Part shown: positions 48,812 to 59,613 of the stretch, in pieces
Layout of the letters: each line of letters begins with the position of its first letter
How positions within the stretch are numbered: the stretch's first letter is position 1
Assembly: GCA_048940925.1 (NCBI GenBank)
Contig: JBHLOC010000016.1
Coordinates: forward strand, 1-64,000
Reading direction: 5' to 3'
Length of the DNA stretch: 64,000 nt
DNA from: Promethearchaeota archaeon
GTDB lineage: Archaea; Asgardarchaeota; Lokiarchaeia; Sigyniarchaeales; SOKP01
Position numbers and translations under genes: made by a program
Notes under the pieces: generated by a model
What the model was told of the DNA's origin: nothing
Seen by the model: the letters and a program-made list of their open reading frames with translations, nothing else
Databases searched by the model: none

Positions 48812-50935
48812 ATGACGACACCTATTTCAACCTCTACTCAACCAATTAATAAAATTCAACGCTTTGAAGATTTTTATCGTTTATTTCAAGAAAGACCAGG
48901 AGTATATAAATATCAGGATCAAATAAATGATATCGTCTCAAAAGGAGGAAATTCACTGATTATTCTTTATGAAGATATACTCGCTTTTGATCCTCAAATT
49001 GCTGAAATGCTGAAAAATGATCCTGAATCTTTATTAGAAGATGCGATAGATGCATTTAAAAATATTTTAAAATTTCAGGGTGCATCAATAAATGATCAAA
49101 GATTTTTTGTTAGACTAACAACTAAAGATAAAAAATCTCCTCTGTTAGTTCATTTAAGAATGCTAAGAGCAAAGCATATTGATAAAATGACTTGGTCTAA
49201 AGGAATTTTAGTTAGAAGTTCTGCGATTAGACCAAAACTAGTAAATGCTACATTCGAGTGCAATTTATGTGGCGCCCAATTTGAAGTAATTCAATTAACA
49301 TCGAAGATAAGATGGCCAAAATTTTGCACTAACAAACGATGTAAAGCAAAAACCCAATCAGACTTCCGACTGATATCAAAAAAATCTGAGTTTATTGACT
49401 GGCAAAGCGTTATGATCCAAGAAATCCCTGAAGATTTGCCTCCTGGGAGAATTCCTAGATCCATTCAAGCATTATTAACATATGATTTAGTAGATTCTGT
49501 CAAACCGGGAGATAGAGTTAATGTGATGGGAATTTATAAATCTGTTTTAGCTCAGTCAACTAAAAGTATCAATTCAACTTTATTCAAGACTTATATAAAT
49601 GTTAATTTTATTGATCCAGAAGATAAAAGCGATGATACTATTGAACTTTCTAAAGAAGATAAAGAAAAAATCGAAAAATTATCAAAAGAACCAATGATCC
49701 AAAAAAAGATAGCACGTTCAATTGCTCCAAGTATTTATGGTAGAGACAAATTAAAAATGGCGTGTGCCTTAAGTTTATTTGGAGGAACAAGAAGAAAAAA
49801 ACCAGGTGGAGGATATAAGCGGGGAGATATTCATTTCCTTATGGTAGGGGACCCTGGTACAGGAAAGTCTGTCATTTTAAAAGGTGCAATAGAAGTTTCT
49901 CCTAGAGGATTATATACTTCAGGTAAAGGTTCCACTGGAGTAGGATTAACTGCTGCTGTAATAAAAGAAGCAGAAACAGGTCAAATGAGCCTTGAAGCGG
50001 GTGTTGTTGTGCTGGCTAATGGAGGTGTTGCTGCAATTGATGAATTTGATAAAATGGACACAGCAGATCGCTCAGCGCTGCACGAAGCAATGGAACAACA
50101 AACTGTAAGCATTGCTAAAGCCGGAATAGTAGCCACATTAAAAGCTCAAACAGCAATTATTGCTGCTGCGAATCCTTATTCTGGTAGATATGACAGATAT
50201 AAAACTCCTACACAAAATATCCGTTTGCCACCTTCTCTTTTATCTCGTTTTGATTTGATTTTCGTTGTTGTAGACAGACCTAATCCTTCTGAGGATGCAC
50301 AAATGGCTGAATTTATTTTAAATAATTCCATGGTTGGACCAGAAGATACCTTTGAAGAAGAAGATCTTATCTCTCCAATTGATAAAGATATTCTTAAAAA
50401 ATATGTTAAACATGCAAGAAGAACATGTTTTCCTACTTTAACTGATGAGGCAAAAGAAAGAATAAAAGAATTTTACTTAGAATTACGTGGTCAATATGAA
50501 AGTGAAGATGCAATTATTTCCATTTTAGCTAGAAATCTGGATGCTCTTGTTAGATTGTGTGAATCTCATGCAAAAATGGCATTAAGAGATAATGTAATAA
50601 AAGAGGATGTAGAAGAAATTATAAAATTATTTAAAAAATATCTTAAGGATACTGGTTATGATGAAACGACTGGAAAGATTGATATGGATAGAATTTTTGT
50701 TGGACAATCTAGAAGTAACCTTAATAAACTTGAAACGTTAATGAATAGATTAAAAGAAATTTTTGAAGAAAATAATTGGAAATCAATAGAGAAAAATAAT
50801 ATAGTTCAAATCTTAGAATTAGAAGAAAACTTAGATAAAAAGTTTATTGAAAATGCACTTGAAGAATTGATTAAAGAGGGAACAATATATGAACCCAGGA
50901 ATGGATTTATCAGATTTACAAATAAAACAGAATAA
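48812..50935 (+). CDS. mcm: replicative helicase MCM
   Basis: Zn finger CNLC..CTNKRC, GDPGTGKS, IDEFDKM, AAANP, SRFD, C-terminal winged helix; no intein. Confidence 0.97.
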   Translation: MTTPISTSTQPINKIQRFEDFYRLFQERPGVYKYQDQINDIVSKGGNSLIILYEDILAFDPQIAEMLKNDPESLLEDAIDAFKNILKFQGASINDQRFFVRLTTKDKKSPLLVHLRMLRAKHIDKMTWSKGILVRSSAIRPKLVNATFECNLCGAQFEVIQLTSKIRWPKFCTNKRCKAKTQSDFRLISKKSEFIDWQSVMIQEIPEDLPPGRIPRSIQALLTYDLVDSVKPGDRVNVMGIYKSVLAQSTKSINSTLFKTYINVNFIDPEDKSDDTIELSKEDKEKIEKLSKEPMIQKKIARSIAPSIYGRDKLKMACALSLFGGTRRKKPGGGYKRGDIHFLMVGDPGTGKSVILKGAIEVSPRGLYTSGKGSTGVGLTAAVIKEAETGQMSLEAGVVVLANGGVAAIDEFDKMDTADRSALHEAMEQQTVSIAKAGIVATLKAQTAIIAAANPYSGRYDRYKTPTQNIRLPPSLLSRFDLIFVVVDRPNPSEDAQMAEFILNNSMVGPEDTFEEEDLISPIDKDILKKYVKHARRTCFPTLTDEAKERIKEFYLELRGQYESEDAIISILARNLDALVRLCESHAKMALRDNVIKEDVEEIIKLFKKYLKDTGYDETTGKIDMDRIFVGQSRSNLNKLETLMNRLKEIFEENNWKSIEKNNIVQILELEENLDKKFIENALEELIKEGTIYEPRNGFIRFTNKTE

Positions 50936-51030
50936 TTTTTTGTATCTTTTATGATTGATTTGATTATATAGAAATTTACTTTTTTTAAAATTCATACTTT
51001 ATTAATTAATTTAAGTACTCTAATAGAATC

Positions 51031-51561
51031 TCAATTATCATGAAAATATTTAATTGCTCCCTCCGAAATTGTTTTAAATGCTAATTCTACATTATCCCCT
51101 GTTTTTGCTGAAGTATAAAAAGTTGAAATTGAATTTATTCGTCTGCCTAAAGAAGTGATTTCTTGTTCAGTTAATTCTTTTACCAAATCATTTTTATTAG
51201 CAAGTAATGATATTGGAGCAGAAGGACAATAGTGTTTCATATCTGGAAACCAGAAGTCTTCAATCTGAATAAATGTATTTTTTCTTGTTAAATCTCCAAC
51301 TAAGAGTATACCTTTAGCTCCAGCATAATACGCATTCCTCATTTTAGTCCAACGTTCTTGCCCAGCAATATCCCATATTTGAAGCGTTACTTTAACATTG
51401 TTGTTTAAGATAATATTTTTAATATATATATTTGTACCAATACTTGAACGATAATCTCTTGAAAATTGACCCGAAACAAATTTCTTAACTAAACTTGTCT
51501 TACCAACTGCGGGATCTCCAATTAAAATGATTTTTAGTGTAAATTTCTTGATGTTGCTCAT
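51031..51561 (-). CDS. Rab-like small GTPase, no C-terminal prenylation cysteine motif
   Basis: GDPAVGKTS, SSIG, IWDIAGQE, YYAGA, NKND, TSAKTG. Confidence 0.92.
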   Translation of the reverse strand: MSNIKKFTLKIILIGDPAVGKTSLVKKFVSGQFSRDYRSSIGTNIYIKNIILNNNVKVTLQIWDIAGQERWTKMRNAYYAGAKGILLVGDLTRKNTFIQIEDFWFPDMKHYCPSAPISLLANKNDLVKELTEQEITSLGRRINSISTFYTSAKTGDNVELAFKTISEGAIKYFHDN

Positions 51562-51679
51562 ATATAATATATTTTATGAAGAAAGTTTTTTAAGTTTATA
51601 TGTAAATAATAAAATAATTAAATTCTAAAAATAAATCAACGAAGTTTGAATTTAAAAAATGGGAAAGTGATTATTTTTT

Positions 51680-52774
51680 ATGACTACAGGTATAGTATAT
51701 GATGATATTTATCTTGAACACAGAATTGGAACCCATGTTGAAAGTCATTATAGACTCATTGAAATTATGGAATTCTTAAAAAGTAAAAAGATATTTGAAA
51801 ATCCAAACTTTAAATTAATTAAACCCAGACCCGCTACCCTAGATCAAATTAGATATGTGCATGAAGAAAGATTAATTAATGAAGTTCGAGAAATCAGTGA
51901 TTTAGCAGAAAAAACGGGTCGTATTCAAAGTCTTGATATGGACACTGATGTGTCTTCCAAAACATATGAAGCATCCTTGTACTCTGTCGGAGGTAACTTA
52001 CAAGCCGTAGATGAGATTTTGAGTCAAAATATAAAAAACGCCTTCGCATTAGTAAGACCTCCTGGACACCATTCCAATTCTTATAAATGTGCTGGTTTCT
52101 GTATATTCAATAATATCGCTATCACGGCAGAATATCTCTTTAGAGAAAAGAATGTAAACAAAGTCGCAATAATAGATTGGGATTGTCATCATGGTAATGG
52201 AACACAAGATATTTTTTATCATGGTTCGAAATCTAAAAATGGGCAATTAATTATGTTTAACTCTCATCAGGATGGTAGAACACTATACCCTGGAAGTGGT
52301 TATATTGGAGAAATAGGTTCAGGAAAAGGAGAAGGCAAAATAATTAACTACCCTATGCCCCCTAACTCAGCTGATGATGCAATCATTATTTATTTTGATG
52401 AAATTATTTTACCGATCTTATCAGAATTTAAACCTGAATTTATTCTTATTTCTGCAGGTTTTGATACCCATTGGACAGATGATCTCACAAATATGGGTTG
52501 GACAATTCAAGGACCAGCAAATTATTTAAAAAGGATCAAAAAAATCGCAGAAGAATATTCAAATGATCAAATATTAATCACTCTAGAGGGAGGATACCAA
52601 ATTGATAAACAAGCAAGAGCAGTATATAATTGTTTAAGAGTACTTAATAATGAAGAAGAAAACTTAGTTCTTGAAAAACCTAGATTATCAGAACAAGCAC
52701 TATTAGATTATTTAAAAAAGAAACTAATTCCTGCATTAAAGGATAGATTAAGTCCTTATTGGAAATGCTTTTAA
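51680..52774 (+). CDS. Zn-dependent histone deacetylase family protein (class II-like)
   Basis: RPPGHH, GFCIFNN, DWDCHHGNGTQDIFY, SAGFD, LEGGY. Confidence 0.93.
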   Translation: MTTGIVYDDIYLEHRIGTHVESHYRLIEIMEFLKSKKIFENPNFKLIKPRPATLDQIRYVHEERLINEVREISDLAEKTGRIQSLDMDTDVSSKTYEASLYSVGGNLQAVDEILSQNIKNAFALVRPPGHHSNSYKCAGFCIFNNIAITAEYLFREKNVNKVAIIDWDCHHGNGTQDIFYHGSKSKNGQLIMFNSHQDGRTLYPGSGYIGEIGSGKGEGKIINYPMPPNSADDAIIIYFDEIILPILSEFKPEFILISAGFDTHWTDDLTNMGWTIQGPANYLKRIKKIAEEYSNDQILITLEGGYQIDKQARAVYNCLRVLNNEEENLVLEKPRLSEQALLDYLKKKLIPALKDRLSPYWKCF

Positions 52775-52889
52775 ATTCATTATTCAGAACTATTTTATGT
52801 TATAATTTTGGTATAATTTTATAAACTTACATACCATATTTATGTTAGATAAATATTATATAAATTATTTTAAAAATGAGGAGATAATT

Positions 52890-53777
52890 ATGACGAATGA
52901 TGATAAAAAAAAGAAAAAGAAAGAAATCACACCCCCTCAAATACCACCACCCTCAGTCACTCCACTAACACCTCCTCCTTCAATGCCCCCTCCTTCAGAA
53001 ACACCTCCGATGACACCCCCACCATCTCGACCTCCATCAATTGAAGCACCACCTCCCCCCATTACTGAAACTTTTTCTCCAACTTCAATAGAACCTGCAT
53101 CAACTAGTCCAATAGGTCCCTCACAACAAGATTATGATTCCGTATTAACCCAACTCCAAGAAAAAAGTACCAATATAAATCAATTACAAAATCAAGTTAG
53201 CAATTTAAATATACAATTATCTCAATTAAATGCTCAACTAAAAGAGAAAGATAACCAAGTGACTCGGTTAACAAACCAAATGCAATCTCTTCAAAGTTCC
53301 GCTGAAGCATATCAACAACAGGTAAACCAACTTACAAGTGAAAATGCTCAATTACAAGCACATATTCCCGGATTACAACAACAAGTACAAGAATTGCAGC
53401 AACACAACTCGATGTTACAACAACAAATTGGACCACTACAAGCTCAAATCGCTAAATTGCAAGAAGAAATTGTTTATAAAGAGAAACGAATTGAAGAGTT
53501 AAAAGAACCAAAAGCAGTTATGCCCTCTAGTTTAGCTCAAGGGATCACATCCCAAACAACAACTAGCTTTGGAACTACTCCTTCTTATACAACCTCACCA
53601 ACAACAACTCCTAGCCCATCCGTACAGACCGGAACTGGACGTAGAATCTGTCCAAATTGTGGAGCATCTGGTTTTGCTGTAAAAGAAGTTGAAGACAAAA
53701 CTAAAATAATTAGTTACATTCCTAAACCTATTTACGCGAAAAAATCTGTATGTACTAAATGTGGATTTGAATTTTAA
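52890..53777 (+). CDS. proline-rich / coiled-coil / Zn-ribbon protein
   Basis: PPPS repeats, ~125-aa Q-rich heptads, S/T-rich linker, CPNCG...CTKCGFEF; SD GAGGAG before ATG 52890. Confidence 0.8.
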   Translation: MTNDDKKKKKKEITPPQIPPPSVTPLTPPPSMPPPSETPPMTPPPSRPPSIEAPPPPITETFSPTSIEPASTSPIGPSQQDYDSVLTQLQEKSTNINQLQNQVSNLNIQLSQLNAQLKEKDNQVTRLTNQMQSLQSSAEAYQQQVNQLTSENAQLQAHIPGLQQQVQELQQHNSMLQQQIGPLQAQIAKLQEEIVYKEKRIEELKEPKAVMPSSLAQGITSQTTTSFGTTPSYTTSPTTTPSPSVQTGTGRRICPNCGASGFAVKEVEDKTKIISYIPKPIYAKKSVCTKCGFEF

Positions 53778-54032
53778 TAGATCAAATCTGTAATTTTTAT
53801 ACTTTTTAAGAGAATTTTTCCTTAACTTGAGTTTTAATTGTTAAGGTTAATCTAATTCACAAATCCATTTTTAAAATCAATCATTCACCTAATATAATTA
53901 CAATTTTCGTTTAAAATATAATAGTTAAAAAAATAATAACTTAATATGATATGTGGAAAATTATATATATAATAATTTAAATTAATATTCTAAGCTTATT
54001 TCGATAAATAGATAAGTTCGTCATTGTTTCAG

Positions 54033-57000
54033 ATGTCAGAATTAAGAGAGGAGTTATTAGCAGGGGGGATTAATAAAAAGAGAATAATCGCACTTTTGTT
54101 AGTTACCATCATATTAATCTCCTTATTTACCTTTTCTGTAGTAGTTGTTAGTTTGTTATTCGGAACTCAGAGAATAGAACCTAACAAGGAAAAAGCAATT
54201 ACTCCACCTGAAGATGTGATACTAGTAGCACCTCCCCTTCCTCTTGATTTTTTAGAACAATTATTGAAATATTTTCAGAATGATCCAGAAGCATTACAAC
54301 AACTTACTGAATTTTTAAATGAAATGTTTGATGGTGACATTGATAATTTTGATTTAAGCGATTATTCTCAAGCTCTTCTCCTAATGGGAGCCTTAGCTGG
54401 TGGTGCCGCAGCTGAGCAAGAAGTTTTCAGATTTTATAATGCTACTGATCCTTATTATACCGATATTAATAGTAATAAATTATCAGGCGTTTTATGGAAA
54501 ATGGAATGTTTTAATGAATTTACTGGTGATGAGTGGCAGTCAACAGCAAATAAAGGATTTAATGATTTTTATCCTTATGATGATTATCGTTCTAAGTATT
54601 ACTATTTAGATTTATTTAGAATGAAGATGGCAATGTCCCCTACTCCCGGAATAGCTAATTCTATGGTAATACCTACACTCTTTCCGACTCCATTTATTAT
54701 GGAAGATAGTCTTTCTGCCCCCAATTTAATCCCTGAGTCAACAGTGTTGTATAAAGATGATTTTAATTGTAGCATTGTCGACCTTGAATTTACAAGTGAT
54801 GAATCCGTTAATATGACTTATGAACAATTTGGATTAGATTTACCATCTAATAATGATATTAATAATAGTGCAATTCATTCATCTTATACTCCCGATGTCA
54901 TAAAAGATTTATATTTACAATTACCACCTTCTATTAATGAATATCTCAACTCACATCCTCTATTTAAATCTCATTATGATGCTTTAAACACAATAATAGA
55001 TGAAAATGATAATGCTTTTGTGGTAGCCAACAAAATTAGAAATTATCTTCAAGCCAACTTTGCGGTAGGATATGATGCATTAATGAACGATCCTCAAGAA
55101 GATGAAGAGGATATTGTAGATTGGTTCTTAGAACACGGAGAGGGTTTATGGGCTGAATGGGCTTCTACTTTTTGTGCTTTTACAAGAGCTTTTAATGTAC
55201 CAAGTCGTTTTGTGGATGGATTTAAAACTGACTTTTTAGGAGAAGTTGATGAAATTTATGATGCCAATGAAGGTAGAAATTCTGTATTAATAAAATATAA
55301 ACACTTATACAATTGGGCCGAAGTTTTTGTACCTACAGACGTCTCTGGCAATGGTCAATGGGTCCAAATGGATGTTATTTTTGATAATTTTGGAGGAGGT
55401 CCTATTGAGCCTCCAATAAGTCTTTTCAATATAGATGTAATCTCAAATTTTACGGCTGGTTATCGACCCCAAGTAGCTGAATTAACCGCTACATTAAGCT
55501 CTCCAACAGGAGGTTCTGTTGAGAATAAAAATATTAATTTCTATGATCATACCTCAGAAATTTCTCTTGGGAGTGCATTAACAGATCAATATGGTAATGC
55601 GTCAATTATAGTTGATATTGATAATTCTCAAGTTGTTGGTCCTCACTTTATTAGTGCCTCTTATCAACTATCTACTAACTATACTTATTATGTAGTATAC
55701 GGAGATATTGATGTAACTCTTACGAGTGTAAATCCAACAATGATTAATCGTTCAATTAGTAATACAACCAGAATTCAGGGATTTGTTAATGATCCTATAG
55801 CTAATCAAAGAGTGAAAAATGCTACTGTCGAATTCGTTTTATTAGAAAAAATCTCACAGAATATAATGCCTTGGCCCTTTGATATTACATACACTGATAC
55901 AGATGATAATGGCGATTTTGATGAATATGTGAATGTAAACTCTTGGATTCCAAAGGGATTTTACGAAATTCGGGTTGATTTTAATGGCTCCTGGAGTGGT
56001 TGGCCCGTAGCTCTGGGTATTATGAATGACTCAAGTAATAAAATAGATTTTAATATAACTGAAGAATCTACTTTTAATGTATTATTTTACATTAACAATT
56101 TTGAAGCAGATTATTATGAAAATCCTCGCGTTTCAAGGTATTCAACACTTAAACTAAAAGCTCGTATACTTAATGAAACTGGAGATCCTGTTCCTGGTGA
56201 AATTGTTGAATTTTACGATCATTCTCTTAATACATTTATTGGAAGTAATACTACGGATGTAAATGGTATTACGATTTTTGATTACTATGTAGATAGTAAT
56301 ACTGCTGGCCCTAATTTATTATATGCGAAATTAGGAAAAGTAAAGAATTATTCCTATTTCATTCTAGACGCTCCAATTAGTATCAATCTTGATATATGGC
56401 CACAAAATCGGAATGTTAGTAAAACTGGGTCATTAGATAGAACCTTTTCTATCCATGGATTTCTACAAGATGCACAAAATTTACAACCAATTAAAAATAG
56501 TGGAATCTCTATTCATCTGTTCGAGGTTCCTACCAAAACTGAAATATTAAATGGGCTAATTTTAGAAAGTGGTTCTTATCAATCTGATGTGAATGGAGAG
56601 ATTGATGCAGTATTTAGTGTTGCTAGTTTTGTTGATACTGACAATTATACCTTAGAAGTATGGTTTAATGGAACTTTTTTTACCCCTCCTCCAAAACCAT
56701 ATGCTTTCTATTTATCTTATGTTAGTAACTTTTCAGTTGCGGCTTATGCTGATTATCAGTTAAAAATTTATGATCCAGAGGAAGTTATAATTATTTTTAA
56801 GATTGAAGGAACTCATAGATCACTGTTTTATAATGATGGTAATCCTCCAGAAACGTATAAGAGAGGTGAAATTGCTGATTTTGAAGTTTGGATAAATCAA
56901 AGTGGATTACCTGCTCCTCTAGGTTCAACAGTGAGACTTAGAGATATATATACAAATGATATTTTAGATTTTCATGATTACGATGGCACAGAGGGTGGAA

Positions 57001-57848
57001 ATGCTCAATTTACTGTTGACACTACCACTCTTCATGCGGGATTACATTATATTGAGGTAGAATATGAATATAATTCCATTGTTTATCCTTATAATTCAAC
57101 TTATATCATTATAAATGAGACAGTTAGTATTAGTGGTAGTTCGACTGATTATATTATTTTAAGAAATAATGATATTTTTACCATTTCAGGAACCTTATCT
57201 GATCTTTCAGAAAATCTTAGAGGATTACAAGTAGAAATAATACTCCTCGATAGTGCAGGAACAGATGTTTCAGTTCATCTCGATTTATTTGATCCTAAAA
57301 TTCAATTTATCAATGATGCTGGATATTACTCATATACCAGCAGGATTTTCCAAAATTGTATACAAGGAGCATATGATATTTTGATTAATTTCACGGGGAG
57401 AATAGAACATTCTGATGGAATCCTTTTCATTTCTCTATTAACACCTTATATGGTAAGTTCAAATCATTCCATCCCTATAAACATTACCGCAGGTACTCAA
57501 CTTACTGACCTTTTCTATTATACAGAATATCAGGATGATTATCCATATATATGGGTTGGTGGAGACACTATATATGTGAATGGAACTTTAAACTGGGATA
57601 ACAATACGGGAGTATCTGGAATGATTATAAATGTCACTGTCGAATTGCTTGATGGTACAGTTATATCTTATAACGATACAGTGTATACAGATCTAAATGG
57701 TTATTTTGATGTCTCAATATATATTGATCCTTCTAATCCACTCTGGCCAACAGAAAGAAGTTTAGCTTTAATAAGAATCACTTTTGATCCAATTACTAAT
57801 AATATAGACAATGTTGTAGGTAGTGAAGGTATATTATACCCACCTTAA
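54033..57848 (+). CDS. membrane-anchored transglutaminase-like (catalytically altered) protein with multiple Ig-like beta domains
   Basis: N-terminal TM; GEGLWAEWAS...RAFNVPSRFVDGF, YNWAEVF, WVQMD; repeated TD.NG beta-sandwich units. Confidence 0.8.
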   Translation: MSELREELLAGGINKKRIIALLLVTIILISLFTFSVVVVSLLFGTQRIEPNKEKAITPPEDVILVAPPLPLDFLEQLLKYFQNDPEALQQLTEFLNEMFDGDIDNFDLSDYSQALLLMGALAGGAAAEQEVFRFYNATDPYYTDINSNKLSGVLWKMECFNEFTGDEWQSTANKGFNDFYPYDDYRSKYYYLDLFRMKMAMSPTPGIANSMVIPTLFPTPFIMEDSLSAPNLIPESTVLYKDDFNCSIVDLEFTSDESVNMTYEQFGLDLPSNNDINNSAIHSSYTPDVIKDLYLQLPPSINEYLNSHPLFKSHYDALNTIIDENDNAFVVANKIRNYLQANFAVGYDALMNDPQEDEEDIVDWFLEHGEGLWAEWASTFCAFTRAFNVPSRFVDGFKTDFLGEVDEIYDANEGRNSVLIKYKHLYNWAEVFVPTDVSGNGQWVQMDVIFDNFGGGPIEPPISLFNIDVISNFTAGYRPQVAELTATLSSPTGGSVENKNINFYDHTSEISLGSALTDQYGNASIIVDIDNSQVVGPHFISASYQLSTNYTYYVVYGDIDVTLTSVNPTMINRSISNTTRIQGFVNDPIANQRVKNATVEFVLLEKISQNIMPWPFDITYTDTDDNGDFDEYVNVNSWIPKGFYEIRVDFNGSWSGWPVALGIMNDSSNKIDFNITEESTFNVLFYINNFEADYYENPRVSRYSTLKLKARILNETGDPVPGEIVEFYDHSLNTFIGSNTTDVNGITIFDYYVDSNTAGPNLLYAKLGKVKNYSYFILDAPISINLDIWPQNRNVSKTGSLDRTFSIHGFLQDAQNLQPIKNSGISIHLFEVPTKTEILNGLILESGSYQSDVNGEIDAVFSVASFVDTDNYTLEVWFNGTFFTPPPKPYAFYLSYVSNFSVAAYADYQLKIYDPEEVIIIFKIEGTHRSLFYNDGNPPETYKRGEIADFEVWINQSGLPAPLGSTVRLRDIYTNDILDFHDYDGTEGGNAQFTVDTTTLHAGLHYIEVEYEYNSIVYPYNSTYIIINETVSISGSSTDYIILRNNDIFTISGTLSDLSENLRGLQVEIILLDSAGTDVSVHLDLFDPKIQFINDAGYYSYTSRIFQNCIQGAYDILINFTGRIEHSDGILFISLLTPYMVSSNHSIPINITAGTQLTDLFYYTEYQDDYPYIWVGGDTIYVNGTLNWDNNTGVSGMIINVTVELLDGTVISYNDTVYTDLNGYFDVSIYIDPSNPLWPTERSLALIRITFDPITNNIDNVVGSEGILYPP

Positions 57849-57891
57849 ATTATACAAAAAATAACATTGAATACTAGAAAAAAAATTAATC

Positions 57892-59502
57892 ATGATGGAT
57901 AGAAAAAAGAAATTAAATAGATGCTTAATTGGAATCTTTTTATTTCTTTTAATATCTTCTTTTTTAACAATTTCTATTAGACATAATATTATGCTAAATA
58001 GGAAAAATAATGATAATGAATTAGATGTTGATGTTAAAAAAACTCCGAAACTTTCAAAATTAATTGGAGAAATAAATTTAACAAATTATTGGATTAATGA
58101 AACTACTCATCCTCATGATTCAATTATCCCAATTGAAGGGAAGATATACAAACCAGTACCCCCTCCTCCTCCATATGATAACTTATCGGGTGTTAACGTT
58201 GCTATTGTTGTTGATGGTAATTTAGATACTAATTACACTGCTCAATCTAATGGAGATGGGGAATTTCAAATTAACTATAGAATTCCCTTTAAATTAGATA
58301 TTTATTTAAGTCATAAGATTGAGGTAGAGTGTATTGATGATTTAGGTAATGATGATATTTTTCCAATCAATTTCTTTATTATTTATGTTAATGCTACTTC
58401 CATTTTCGATATAAGTTATAGAGAGAATATTCCTAAACTACCTGGAGAAGATTTTAGAATTGAAGGTTTTTTAAGGTATGATAATATGGATGGGGATGGT
58501 ATTCCAGATGCTCAAATAAATTATAATTGGTATAATGGTTCACATAAATGGCCTATGGGGTCATTTTTCACAAATTCTTTTGGATCTCTTTTAACTAATT
58601 TACCAATCCCTTTCGATGCCTATTCACAAATAATTAATTTAAATTTAAGTTATCCTGGAATTCTATACCTTATTGGTAACTCAGAAATAGCTATCCCAAA
58701 AATTCAATTATTTACAGGTGTAATATGGCAAAATATAGAGATACCAACTAGAGCTTCTGAAGGGGACAACATCACAATCTCAGGACAAATCATTTCAAGA
58801 GATAATACAACTCTTAAATTATACAATAGAACCGTTCTTATCTCCTATGAAGGAACTCAAGTTGACACTATTGAGACTGATTCAGATGGATATTTTACTA
58901 CCACATATACAATTCGATCGGGGGCAGGCAATAGGACTATTCGAATTAGTTTAGACAATACCGCAGGATTAGATATTTCCATTGAACATTACATAAATGT
59001 TACAGCAGCTATTTATGTTCCTATACCCTCATCTGGTCAACCACCTTTTTTCCTCTTTTCTGTAATATTTTTTCCCATTTTAGCAGTTATAATGGGGGTT
59101 TTAATTGTATATGGAATACGATATTATAAAAAACAGGAAAAAGGATCTCGTGTAGTTAATTTGCCTCTTGAATCAAAGCTCATTAATCTTAAAATCCTTA
59201 AAGATACGGGAAGATTAGAAGAATCATTATCATATTTGTTTAATGCTATTTTCATGGATTTAATAAATGCAAAATATGGTAGAACTAGGAAAGAAACTGA
59301 GACAATTAGAGATTTTGCAATTATATCTGTAAAAGAATTAAAATTAACTCCTGCCGCAATATACCCATTTATTCAAAAAGTTGAAGAAGTAATTTATGCA
59401 AAACCTTTCAAAATAACTGAAAACGATTTTTATGAGACATGCGGGTTGTTTTCACCAATATATTTTCAATTAACAGGATATAATTTCGTATTAAATTTTT
59501 AA
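57892..59502 (+). CDS. secreted/membrane Ig-like protein with C-terminal TM and DUF4129-like domain
   Basis: N-terminal TM, TDSDGYF units, TM near aa 385-410, ETIRDFA...EEVIYA. Confidence 0.7.
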   Translation: MMDRKKKLNRCLIGIFLFLLISSFLTISIRHNIMLNRKNNDNELDVDVKKTPKLSKLIGEINLTNYWINETTHPHDSIIPIEGKIYKPVPPPPPYDNLSGVNVAIVVDGNLDTNYTAQSNGDGEFQINYRIPFKLDIYLSHKIEVECIDDLGNDDIFPINFFIIYVNATSIFDISYRENIPKLPGEDFRIEGFLRYDNMDGDGIPDAQINYNWYNGSHKWPMGSFFTNSFGSLLTNLPIPFDAYSQIINLNLSYPGILYLIGNSEIAIPKIQLFTGVIWQNIEIPTRASEGDNITISGQIISRDNTTLKLYNRTVLISYEGTQVDTIETDSDGYFTTTYTIRSGAGNRTIRISLDNTAGLDISIEHYINVTAAIYVPIPSSGQPPFFLFSVIFFPILAVIMGVLIVYGIRYYKKQEKGSRVVNLPLESKLINLKILKDTGRLEESLSYLFNAIFMDLINAKYGRTRKETETIRDFAIISVKELKLTPAAIYPFIQKVEEVIYAKPFKITENDFYETCGLFSPIYFQLTGYNFVLNF

Positions 59503-59613
59503 ATTCAAGTTAATCAAAGTACAATAAAAATGAAAAGAAGTACAAAAAATTATAAATTCAAAAAAAATTATTAAATAAATTGTTTAAAAAAATAACAGAA
59601 ATAGGTAAAAAAT

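Noticed and set aside
38814-50935. Inteins explaining the size of Top6B, or present in MCM
   Set aside because: No C/S...HN splice junctions or LAGLIDADG motifs. MCM is normal length and the Top6B inserts are acidic or coiled-coil.
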